Shown here piece after piece: positions 35,510 to 47,172 of a DNA stretch of 64,000 nucleotides. Every line of letters begins with the position of its first letter. Position 1 is the stretch's first letter. The position numbers were made by a program, and so were the translations under genes. This DNA is from Balanoglossus misakiensis (lineage: Eukaryota; Animalia; Hemichordata): the NCBI GenBank assembly GCA_040954595.2, contig CM082591.2:9289612-9353611 (forward strand), read 5' to 3'. Below the pieces are notes generated by a model. The model did no database searches and was not told the DNA's origin. It worked only from the letters and a program-made list of their open reading frames with translations.

Positions 35510-38500
35510 TAGACCATGAGCCAGTAGGGGTTTACCTCCCCCCCCCCCCCGGAGGAATTTTCTAGACAATGTTTTTCTGAAAGCCTATCATATACTGAGT
35601 AAAATTCACTTTGTTTGCCATCTGGGCACCGGGGCGTTTTCGAGTTATTGGCTTCTAAATTATATTGGGTAACGTATGTAGTAAAGCCTAAAAGTGCATA
35701 TAAATTGACGTAGGGGGGTAAATTAGTCTTGTAAAATACTGTCTCTCTGAACGTATACCTATGACAAATCATGACATTAGGTGACATCATAAGTCAAAAT
35801 ACCCTTACGAAAATGGTGTTCTGTTCACCTATAAATGTGAGGTTTTGCAAAACATGTCTCTGTGCAATTGCACTAATGAAAACTGTGATGTGTTTGATAT
35901 CATCAGAAAGCTGATTGAGTAAAGTATCTAATTATTGCAAAAAATTGATATAATAATCAATTACGTCATCATTACGTCATACTTCCAAGTACCCTTACCA
36001 ATTAGTGACTATGATGACAAGTTATTACCCTAGGAGATAGGTGCCTTTAAATAAAAAAATTAATAAGGAAGGTTTGTGAAGTCCATTCTATGTAAAAAAT
36101 GGTGCTGATTCCAAAAAAGTCAGTCTTATTGACCCCACCCAAGACAAAATTGCCATTTTGGCACCTTTTAACCCAAAAAAGGTCATTTTTAGAAAACACT
36201 AAAAACACACTGTTTTCGTCACATTCGAAGATCTGATGACATACGATATGCCTATTCTATGTAAAATTTGGTTGATATTGCGAAAAAAGCAGTCTGACTG
36301 ACCCCACCCAAGACAAAATTGCCATTTTGGCACTTTTTAACCCAAAAAGGTCATTTTTAGAAAACACTAAAAACACACTGTTTTCGTCACATTCGAAGAT
36401 CTGATGACATATGATATGCCTATTCTATGTAAAATTTGGTTGATATTACGAAACAAGCAGTCTGACTGACCCCAAACGAGACAGAATTGCCTTTTTGACC
36501 ATTTTTTGCCCAAAAACGTCATTTTTAGACAACACTTAAAACACACTCTTCTCTTCATATTGATTGATTTGATGATATATGGAAAGTCAATTCTATGTGT
36601 AAAATGGTGACTATAAAACATAAAGCAGTCTTTTTGACCCCAATCAATACAAAAATGCCATTTTTGGCCACATTTTTGAGGTCAAAAAGGTCATTTTTAC
36701 AAAAAAACTAAAAACAAACTGTTTTCTTCATATTCAGAGATCTGATTATGTATGAACAGTCCATTCTACGTATAAAAAAATCTGATTGACCCCATTCTAG
36801 TCAAAATTGCGTTTTTGGCAATTTATTGCCTAAAAAGACGTACTTAAGACAAATTTATCATTTTAAACATTTTCTAGAGGAAAAAAATGTTTGCAACTAA
36901 TAATAAATAAAAGTCCATTCTATCTTAAAAGTATCGATTTTTCCAAAAAAGCACTCTTACTGACTCCACAGAGGGAAAAAATTCCATTTTGGCCACTTTG
37001 CTCAAAAAAGGTAACTGCTTGAAACTTCTTTCTTTATTTTCAGAGATCTTATGATGTACGGAGAAGGTCCATTTTTGTTGAAAGGGAGCCGATTCCAAAA
37101 AAAAATTATTTTCAGCCCTACAAATTGTCATTTCGGCCATTTTTTGGTCAAAAAGGTCATTTCAAGAAAAAATGAAAACAAGCTGTTTTCTTCGTATTTA
37201 AATGTTTGATTATGAATGGAAAGTCCATTTTTTGCAAAAAAATATGCTGATACCAACACAACAGTCTTATTAAGACCCCACTCAATACAAAATTGCCACT
37301 AAGCCATCTTCTAGTCAACAATTGTCTTTTTCAGAAAACAAAATAATTGGTGTTTTTTGCCTTTTGAGTTTTGATGTTATATTTGCATATTTAAAATGTC
37401 ATACCATATGATATCAGTTGAATTGATGATATTGAAAGGCAGAGTTGCCACAAGTTGGCACATTTAGCCTAAAATGGAACTCAACAATAAAACGAGACGA
37501 TCCATGTATTCACACTGTATACTATAAGTCGGTTATACATGGTATAAATTTTTATACATGGTATAAATTTTGTTATGTACATCTATACCAGCTCCGGATA
37601 GATTTTTGACATTTATCCTCTTCGTTCTGAATACAAAATCAGAAATTATATTATATCATGATACCTCCGTCATTTTGATTGTACAGGGGTGCAATCCCAC
37701 GATGCTAAATACTCAATAGAGCTAAAACTGGCCCCTGAACTAGCACACAACAGGGAAAATGTGGGTTTAAACCTAATAAATATAATAAAATCTCTTAAAT
37801 TCCTTGACGTTTCAATTTGGAGATGCTCTAAGTGAATATTTGGGACTTTGCCATGTGCAGTGCCTGTCTTTTTGTCGCCTGTATCATGGTCCTGGGCGAC
37901 GTGTTTAGATTCATCGATGCGACTTTGGTTCAATTCGTATAACTTCTTTTACTCTCGACGCTGTTGCATCATCATTGTGAGTTCAATTTGGGCTGTCTCC
38001 AAATGCAAACATTTTTTTTCTCTAGAAAATGTTTAAAATGATAAATTTGTCTTAATAGGTCTTTTAGGCAATTAATTGCCAAAAACGCAATTTTGACTAG
38101 AATGGGGTCAATCAGATTTTTTTTTTTACATAGAATGGACTTTTAATACATAATCAGATCTCTGAATATGAAGAATTCAAAACAGTTTGTTTTTAGTTTT
38201 TTTTGTAAAAATGACTTTTTTGACCTCAAAAATGTGGCCAAAAATGGCATTTTTGTATTGATTGGGGTCAAAAAGACTGCTTTATGTTTTATAGTCACCA
38301 TTTTACACATAGAATTGACTTTCCATATATCATCAAATCAATCAATATGAAGAGAAGAGTGTGTTTTAAGTTTTGTCTAAAAATGACGTTTTTGGGCAAA
38401 AAATGGTCAAAAAGGCAATTCTGTCTCGTTTGGGGTCAGTCGGACTGCTTTTTTTGTAATATAAACCAAATTTTACATAGAATAGGCATATCATATGTCA

Positions 38501-39485
38501 TCAGATCTTCGAATGTGATGAAAACAGTGTGTTTTTAGTGTTTTCTAAAAATGACCTTTTTTGGGCAAAAAAGTGCCAAAATGGCAATTTTGTCTTGGGT
38601 GGGGTCAGTCAGACTGATTTCTTCGTAATATCAACCAAATTTTACATAAAATAGGCATATCATATGTCATCAGATCTTCGAATGTGACGAAAACAGTGTG
38701 TTTTTAGTGTTTTCTAAAAATGACCTTTTTTGGGTTAAAAAGTGCCAAAATGGCAATTTTGTCTTGGGTGGGGTCAATAAGACTGACTTTTTTGGAATCA
38801 GCACCATTTTTTACATAGAATGGACTTCACAAAACTTCCTTATTAATTTTTTTATTTAAAGGCACCTATCTCCTAGGGTAATAACTTGTCATCATAGTCA
38901 CTAATTGGTAAGGGTACTTGGAAGTATGACGTAATGATGACGTAATTGATTATTATATCAATTTTTTGCAATAATTAGATACTTTACTCAATCAGCTTTC
39001 TGTTGATACCAATAACATCACAGTTTTCATCAGTACAATTGCTCAGAGACGTGTTTTGCAAAACCTCACATTTATAGGTGAACAGAACACCATTTTCGTA
39101 AGGGTATTTTGACGTATGACGTCACTATGATGTCATGATTTGTCATTTCACTTTTATTTTGTAATTAATGGAAAGCTTGTTTATTAAGCTTTCTTTTGAT
39201 ACCAAATACTTCCCTGTTGTTCTAGGTATACATTCAGAGAGACAGTATTTTACAAGACTAATTTACCCCCCTACGTCAATTTATATGCACTTTTAGGCTC
39301 TCCTACATACGTTACCCAATATAATTTAGAAGCCAATAACTCGAAAACGCCCCGGTGCCCAGATGGCAAACAAAGTGAATTTTACTCAGTATATGATAGG
39401 CTTTCAGAAAAACATTGTCTCAAAAATTCCCCCGGGGGGGGGGGGGGGGGGGGGTGGAGGTAAACCCCTACTGGCTCATGGTCTA
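35510..39485. mobile_element. non-autonomous foldback DNA transposon with ~1.4 kb terminal inverted arms (TAG...CTA ends, Academ-like, tentative)
   Basis: Ends TAGACCATGAGCCAGTAGGGGTTTACCTCC / GGAGGTAAACCCCTACTGGCTCATGGTCTA. Arms at about 35510-36896 and 38003-39485 contain ~150-180 bp sub-repeats, and mirrored spurious ORFs occur at 36367- and 38284+. Confidence 0.85.
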
Positions 39486-39529
39486 AGACCCTTTCTTCGA
39501 AGATGCATGCTGAGCATTCTCTGCTGTGT

Positions 39530-39661
39530 TATTCTCACCAATTACGCTGATGCATTTCCGGATTATATTCCGTCCTCGCATGGATCCATCGCTCTTGTTG
39601 TACCTGTTTCAAGTGTACCATGTGAAAGGGGTTTCAGTACGCCATGTGAAAGGGGTTTCAG
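39530..39661 (+). pseudogene. hAT transposase C-terminal dimerisation fragment
   Basis: YADAFPD..IALVVPVSSVPCERGFS, with a short tandem duplication of CCATGTGAAAGGGGTTTCAG. Confidence 0.6.
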
Positions 39662-39705
39662 AACCGTATCATGTGTGCGAAACGTAGTCGTCTATCTGAC
39701 CGTCG

Positions 39706-39773
39706 CGTAGCCCTGCGTACATGTCTGGGTGTTCCCGGCGTTGCGAGCACACAGACCTGTACGCAGGGCTACG
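39706..39773. repeat. short GC-rich hairpin / mini inverted-repeat element
   Basis: CGTAGCCCTGCGTACATGTCTGGGTG pairs with CACACAGACCTGTACGCAGGGCTACG with 2 mismatches. Confidence 0.8.
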
Positions 39774-40022
39774 TGGCGTTGCTAATCTAATGCTGATAAG
39801 CCATTCACATGATTCATGGTCCAGCAATGCCCTGGGAGCGCTGCGAGATTTCTATATTGACCAGACTGTGGCCATTTGCAATGTAAAGCCGCGAAAAAAA
39901 TGAATAGTAATCAAACTAAACTCTTTGATGTTATACCCATTTAATATCAAATCTTGTCTGTTCTGAGTTTACCATTCAAAGTGTTAGACAGCACTGTCAT
40001 TGATACAGTAGTTATAATTTTG

Positions 40023-42468
40023 GTTATTTTTTTAATTTTCAGAAAACTTCATGACTTGTGGCAGTGCATCCATGAAGTTGAAGAAAGAAATTTTGAGAAT
40101 ATGGATACAGATGATCCAGGTGATTTTTCTTTTGGTGATTTTTGTTCTTTTGACAATAATAACAATGAACAATCGTCCGAAGAAGAATCCGACAACATGG
40201 GTGAATTAAAAGGTCTACAAGATACCGATGCATTTATATATGAAGGTGCTCAAATTAATCTAGCTACAAGCATGCTTCTTGTACATACATTTGTGCAGAA
40301 ACATTGCCTCACTTCTGAGGGTACCTCTGAATTGCTACAGCTTTTGCAACTTCATTGTAAAACTGGAAACTGTTTACCTAAGACACTGTATTCCTATAAG
40401 AAATTTTTTAGTGATATGCAGCAGCCAATGATTTATCACAAGTATTGTTCATATTGTTTACTTGGCGTTCAGACACCTGACAGTGTTAATGATAAATGTC
40501 AATATGCAGTCTGTGGGAAAAGTTTGAACGGTGAAGGAGGTATTTCGGGGTTTGTTGAGATCCCAATAAAAACTCAGCTTCAGTCACTTTTCAATCGGCC
40601 AGATTTTGCTGAACGTTTGCAGTGTAGATTTAAATGGGTCAAACATCAGGCAGGAGCTATTAAAGACATTGATGATGGCAAACTTTATTCAACTTTAGTT
40701 AATGAAGCCATTGTGAAAACAGAATATGATTTAACCTTTATTTTCAATACAGATGGGGCGTCACCCTTTCGAAGCTCAAAAACCAGTTTATGGCCAATTT
40801 ATCTTATGATCAATGAATTAACATATTCAGAGAGAAAACGACCTGAAAACATGATCCTGGCAGGTTTATGGTTTGGCAAAAACAAACCAAAATGTCCCTG
40901 TTTTTGCGTCCCACAATTGCATCACTCAAGCATTTGGAACAAGGTGTAAAATTGAACATCCCAGGTAAGGAAGAGCAGGTGGAGTGTAAGGGGATATTGT
41001 TGGCCACAGTTACAGATTTACCAGCCAGGGCATGCATTTGCTCCATGAACAAGTATAATGGTGAGTCATCCTGTATTAAATGCCAGCAAACAGGAAAAGT
41101 GGTGAAGGTCGGATAGGGTCAACAAGGGTCTTTCCCCCGTGTATGGACAATTTGGATGGGTCTGCCAGAATTGATGAATCAGTGCAAAATGATTCTGTAG
41201 ATGTGGTTCAATTAAACAAACCTGTCAATGGCATAAAGGGTCCATCATGGTTGTCACATTTGTCATCTTTCAGTTTTGTTCGTGGAAATGTGATTGACTA
41301 CCTCCATGGTGTATGTCTTGATGTGACTAAACTTTTGCATTCACTCTGGTTTTCTACTGCACACACAAATGAAATATTTAGTATTTCAGACAGATTTGAT
41401 CTTGTCAATAAACGACTTCTTGACATATCACCACCTGATTACATGTCTTGGCTCCCCAGGTCAATGGATGACTCCAAATACTGGAAAGCATCCGAGTGGA
41501 GGAATTGGCTGTTATTCTTTGGTCCAGCTATTCTGAGAGACATATTGATGCCAGAATACTATGCACATTTTATGTTATTTTGTGAGGCCATTTTTTTGCT
41601 GTTGAAAGAGTCCATACTGAAAGAGGATATTTCACGCAGTAGGGCACTTCTAGCTCAGTTTGTTGCCATGTTTCCGGTCATGTACAAGGAAAGTGCAATG
41701 ACTCTCAATGTTCATCAGCTGATCCACCTTCCTGATGATGTTCTGTATGTTAGTCCATTGTGGTGTTGCTTTCCATTTGAAGATGCAAATGGATTTTTGT
41801 TGAAGTTGTTCAATGGCACACAACATATTGAGAAGCAGATAGTACATGCTGTGGCAGTCATACAGAAGGTTCCTGAGCTTGTACAATCCACTGACAAGGA
41901 CAATGTGGCATATAAATTATACTGCAGACTATCCAAAAAAAAAAATCCAAAACACCAAGGCCATTTGCTTGAAAATCAAATATATCTAATAGGATCGTCA
42001 AAACTGGAAAAAGAAATACCTCCTCCATACTTGGGTGCAATCAGACGAAAATGTGTGTACCAGATTGCAAAAATAATCTCTTTCAAACGAATTAAATTAA
42101 AGGGGGTAATATTTTTTTCTCAAGCATACTCACGCATGCACTTGAGAAACAGTTATACAGTTGAATTTATGCAATCTCACTCAGTAATGTATGGTTTCAT
42201 TGAACTTTTCCTTCAAGTGAAGCCAATGTGTCAGTGTGTAGGTACCTGTTCCTGTTTGACTGAAAATTTTGCTAGGGTGCATCATTTGCCAGTGGTACAG
42301 AACCACACAAGTGCTGTTTCGTATATGAAGAGAGTGAGCCAAATCACTCCAGGCAGAATAATTGCTGTGAATCTAAATGATATCAAGAGAAAATGTGTCT
42401 TTGTACATGTTAATGATTCAGATTTAGATTTTGTGTGTACAGTGCCAAATACTTTGGAGAAAGATTAG
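40023..42468 (+). pseudogene. CACTA/EnSpm Tnp2-type transposase with two frameshifts (about 40895 and 41110)
   Basis: Motifs FNTDGASPF..SLWPI, ENMILAGLWFG, DLPARA..NGESSCIKC, DYLH, WKASEWRNWLLF, LNVHQLIHL and FPFEDANG are spread over three overlapping ORFs. An acceptor precedes 40023. Confidence 0.9.
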
Positions 42469-43084
42469 ATTTTAATATAGGATTATTTCACAAAATACGG
42501 CCATGTACCGGTATGGACTCTGTATGTGGGGTATTGGACTTGCCTACATTAAAGCTTCTCCAACACACTACATACACGGAGTCCTCATTCATAACCTTAT
42601 ATTACATCTGACTTGATACAATTGTTTTTGCCAGAATTCAGAGTACAATATTGTTTGACTTGTATACTTACATTCATGATAATGTATAATGTATATTTTG
42701 AATGAGTCTGTCACAATTTTCAGTCAGGAGTTCCTGTTTGTAGTATTGTTGATACATTGTACTTGGTGAGACATTATAGACTGCCATTTAATTGAATATG
42801 TGATTAATAAATAAATCAATTGAATTGAAAAATTGTTTTACTTGTCATCTTTTCATATAGCTGTGCATGCCCACCGAGTATGCCTGCAGTGCCCTATATT
42901 TTATATAAATACAAACCCATGCTCTCAACAATACATGTAATCTAAATTAATCACTCTTCTTTTTCTACTTATGTGAATTCCATAAGAAAAAAACATTATA
43001 TTCATTAGTCTCATGCAATGCATCATATGAAAAAGACTCTGATTAGAAATAGTTTGAAGACTTTGAACAAATATTTTTTTTTTA

Positions 43085-43429
43085 TCAGAATCTTATAAGA
43101 ATTTTATTTACTTATAAGAATCCTATAAGAATTGTGTTTGCTTAGTATTATGTCAGATGTTTGAGCATTGAAAATTTTTACACAATTTTTTTTTCAGATT
43201 CTTATAAGAATCAAATTTTCTTATAAGAATCTAATAAGTTTTGTTAAAAATCTGAACTGAACTTAGAATGTTATAAGAAGTCAACTGATGAATTCTTATA
43301 CATTTCTCATATGATTCCTTTTAATTTCTTATATGATTCCTTTTCTTATAAGTATCTTATATGAATCTTATAAACTTATAAGAATCTTATAAGATTCTTA
43401 TAAGATCTTATAAGAAGAAACCGTACGGG
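43085..43429. repeat. right subterminal CTTATAAG array and terminus of the CACTA element
   Basis: Repeated CTTATAAG ending ...GAAACCGTACGGG. Confidence 0.9.
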
Positions 43430-43482
43430 TGACATACTAATTGAAAGCATTCAACACCCTACGAGGATTCGTGCTATCCTTG

Positions 43483-43615
43483 TTAGTCTCAGCCAGGCGA
43501 AGTCCGGAAATGAGGACTTATAGATTGGGCTCTGCCAGTGCGTGCATCCGTGCATGTGTCGTTTCACCGACATGCCTGGGTCGATTTTTTTCAAACTTGA
43601 CACAGGTATGCAACA
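43483..43615 (+). mobile_element. end fragment of a different Helentron/HINE-like element (copy near 46134)
   Basis: TTAGTCTC..AGGACTTATAG palindromic start, GCGTGCATCCGT microsatellite-like block and TCAAACTTGACACAG. Confidence 0.35.
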
Positions 43616-44018
43616 TGTCGCTAAAACGATGAAGTAGAGGTAAATGAAGGAAAGCAGCGTATCACCAGATCAGATTGTAATCAGATTGATGAGTATCCTG
43701 ATGCAGGGAATGATTAGACAACACAACATACTGTGTTCTGTGCCGACTATACTCTTTATTTGTGTCTGACTGACTTTTCGATGGGAGTAAAAGATGTACA
43801 GTTTATGTAAGAAAGTATAAAATGAGAAAAATCCTTTCAATAGAAACAGTGGTGAAAAGAAAGATTAATATCATACTAAAATATTGGCAGCATTTATCGT
43901 AATGAGAATGATTTGTCAGTTTTGTAAATGCAAATGTTTCCACTTCTATTCAATCAAGTATTGTATAAGTAAGATTAGCATTCTTGATAAATATGTTATT
44001 CCTTTTTTTTCATTTTAG

Positions 44019-44221
44019 TAACGCAAGACAATCCCTATAAAGTAACGCCATCACTGTCATTCTTGACCCCCTGGATAGCTCCATGCTCCAGAGGAAGCCA
44101 AATTTACAACACAGAATACAAGAAGTGCCCTGGGCCCTCAACATCTACACATGAGGAAGACTTGGATGATGAGAAAGAACTGACAGAAGAGCTGTTGCTA
44201 GAGTTGCTCTGTGAATCAAAG
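44019..44221 (+). pseudogene. next exon of the HMGXB3-like/KDZ-associated gene (duplicate at 46670-46872)
   Basis: AG/GT-bounded and in phase 1, matching the exon that ends at 1409. It encodes NPYKVTPSLSF(L/W)(T/S)PWIA..IYNTEYKK..ELTEELL. Confidence 0.65.
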
Positions 44222-44473
44222 GTATCACATTGAAGTGAAAGAATTGCCATAGTTCAGTGTTTTCATTGCACTTGATTTCTTTTAATGTACACATGCCTCA
44301 GGCCTAAAAAGCATGAGTTTAATTTTATTTTTGATTTCTGTATCCATCTACCGGTATGTCTCTCTGTCACCATCACTGCTTTGCTCCACCACTGTACTGT
44401 TAGCACGCTGAATTAAGTCAATCTGGAGTAAAAATGGATGATATCGTGATAATAGTACTTACTTACGCGTTAA

Positions 44474-44659
44474 AGGTATACAGTCACCTACAATTTATAT
44501 ACGCCCATATATGGCTGAAATTGCCTTTTTGAGGGTTCTAAAGAATGTATGGTGGCGCTCTTTTTTCTGCGTGTGCCACCCACTGAAAATCTGTGATTGG
44601 CTAGATCTCAAGTTTACCATAGTAACTTTAGCTAAATTTCCATAGGTGACCGTATACCT
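44474..44659. mobile_element. Kolobok-type MITE, 186 bp (copies at 51835-52020 and 54362-54547)
   Basis: TIRs AGGTATACAGTCACCTA / TAGGTGACCGTATACCT flanked by TTAA on both sides. Confidence 0.8.
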
Positions 44660-45179
44660 TTAATAGGACCATAACCCTAAACATAAGCACACTAATGGTA
44701 ACAATATGAGTCTCCCTGAAGGGCTGTGCATCTATTAATTCCTACATTTAATTCACAAATCATTTTGTTCAACAATATATGGGCCTTTCTATCTATGTCA
44801 TGCCCTGGAGAGACTCTATTTTATGAATGAGCACTTACCTGTTCACTAAAATTTGAACAGACCGGTGTTATTCAAAAGTTTGCAAAATAACAATGTACTT
44901 CTCAACTCAATTAATTTCTCATCGGCTAGCCAGTAAATGATACTGCTTTTAGCTGTTTCAACAGGATTAAGGAATGGACAGTAATGCAAATGTTCAATAT
45001 AATTTATGAATAAACTGAAATGTGTATTAACTTATGTTCTTGTTCTGCTACCTCAAGAATGCTGTCTGTTCACAGTAAGTAGTGTTGTTATATTAGTGTA
45101 AACTTAGATTTTGCTTTTAAAACAAATGCACTTGAGAGTAGGACAGTCTCCATGATTTCCAAGATCCAACCGATGCAAA

Positions 45180-45850
45180 TGATACTTTTTGGGCAAAAAC
45201 TTGCCAAAAAGGCACTTTTATCTTGAACACATCAATAACACTGCCTTTTGGGATTTTTTTCACATAGAGTGGGCGTATAATACATTATCAGATCTCCGAA
45301 AGTGAAGAAAATATAAACGATTTGAGTGCTTCTAGAAATGACGTTTTTGGACAAAAAGTGTCAAAAATGGCAATTTTGTCTTGAGTATGGTTATTAAGAC
45401 TGCCATTTCTGGAATCAGCACCATTTTTTACATAGAATGAACATTTCATATATCACATGATCTCTAAACTTTATGAAGAAAAGTTTGTTTTTATTTTTTT
45501 TTCTAATAATGGCCTTTTAGCCAAAAACTTGCAAAAAAGCCATTTTTGCATTATGCAGGGTCAATAAATCTGCTTTTTTGGAATAGTCGCCAAATTTGGC
45601 ATAGGGTGAGCATATACATGTAATACATTATCAGATCTCCGAAAGTGAAGAAAACATATAAGTTTTGAGTGTTTTCTAAAAAGGACGTTGTGGGGCAAAA
45701 AGTGGCAAAAATGGCATTTTTTCATTGAGTAGGGTCAATAAGATTGCTATTTCTGGAATCGGCACCATTTTGTTTACATAGAATGAATATTTTATATATC
45801 AAATGATATCTGAATATGAAGTTTTTTTGTAAAAATGACCTTTTTTGACC
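45180..45850. repeat. degenerate array of the foldback-family sub-repeats (also about 52540-53690 and 55070-56220)
   Basis: Shares AAAATGGCAATTTTGTCTTG..GGTCAATAAGAC..GGAATCAGCACCATTT..ACATAGAATG units with the right arm of 35510-39485. Confidence 0.75.
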
Positions 45851-47172
45851 TCAAATTTTCTTATAAGAATCTAATAAGTTTTGTTAAAAATCTGTACTGA
45901 ACTTAGAATGTTATAAGAAGTCAACTGATGAATTCTTATACATTTCTCATATGATTCCTTTTAATTTCTTATATGATTCCTTTTCTTATAAGTATCTTAT
46001 ATGAATCTTATAAACTTATAAGAATCTTATAAGAATCTTATAAGATTCTTATAAGATCTTATAAGAAGAAACCGTACGGGTGACATACTAATTGAAAGCA
46101 TTCAACACCCTACGAGGATTCGTGCTATCCTTGTTAGTCTCAGCCAGGTGAAGTCCGGAAATGGGGACTTATAGATTGGGCTCTGCCAGTGCGTGCATCC
46201 GTGCACGTGTCGTTTCACCGACATGCCTGGGTCGATTTTTTTCAAACTTGACACAGGTATGCAACATGTCGCTAAAACGATGAAGTAGAGGTAAATGAAG
46301 GAAAGCAGCGTATCACCAGATCAGATTGTAATCAGATTGATGAGTAGGGTGATGTAGGGAATGATTAGACAACACAACATACTGTGTTCTGTGCCGACTA
46401 TACTCTTTATTTGTGTCTGACTGACTTTTCGATGGGAGTAAAACATGTACAGTTTATGTAAGAAAGTATAAAATGAGAAAAATCCTTTCAATAGAAACAG
46501 TGGTGAAAAGAAAGACAAATATCATACTAAAATATTGGCAGCATTTATCGTAATGAGAATGATTTGTCAGTTTTGTAAATGCAAATGTTTCCACTTCTAT
46601 TCAATCAAGTATTGTATAAGTAAGATTAGCATTCTTGATAAATATGTTATTCCTTTTTTTTCATTTTAGTAACGCAAGACAATCCCTATAAAGTAACGCC
46701 ATCACTGTCATTCTGGTCCCCCTGGATAGCTGCATGCTCCAGAGGAAGCCAAATTTACAACACAGAATACAAGAAGTGCCCTGGGCCCTCCACATCTACA
46801 CATGAGGAAGACTTGGATGATGAGAAAGAACTGACAGAAGAGCTGTTGCTAGAGTTGCTCTGTGAATCAAAGGTATCACATTGAAGTGAAAGAATTGCCA
46901 TAGTTCAGTGTTTTCATTGCACTTGATTTCTTTTAATGTACACATGCCTCAGGCCTAAAAAGCATGAGTTTAATTTTATTTTTGATTTCTGTATCCATCT
47001 ACCGGTATGTCTCTCTGTCACCATCACTGCTTTGCTCCACCACTGTACTGTTAGCACGCTGAATTAAGTAGAGTAAGTATTTATTGCATTACAAGGCCTC
47101 CGGCCCATATACAGTATAGTTCTCAGCATAAAGATTGGTGAGGTAATACATGTAGCTCTTAAAGATGCTAAT

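Larger units (their letters stand above)
1488..43429 (+). mobile_element. CACTA/EnSpm (CMC) DNA transposon, ~42 kb including nested insertions
   Basis: Left end is CCTGTAC-N8-CTTATAAG array; right end (reverse complement) is CCCGTAC-N8-CTTATAAG array. A 2 bp TSD TG sits at 1486-1487 and 43430-43431. It contains a Tnp2-type transposase and a divergent BEN gene, and the host exons on either side join in phase. Confidence 0.85.

Noticed and set aside
36367-38538. Near-identical 84 aa ORFs on opposite strands
   Set aside because: A mirror artefact of the inverted arms of the foldback element.
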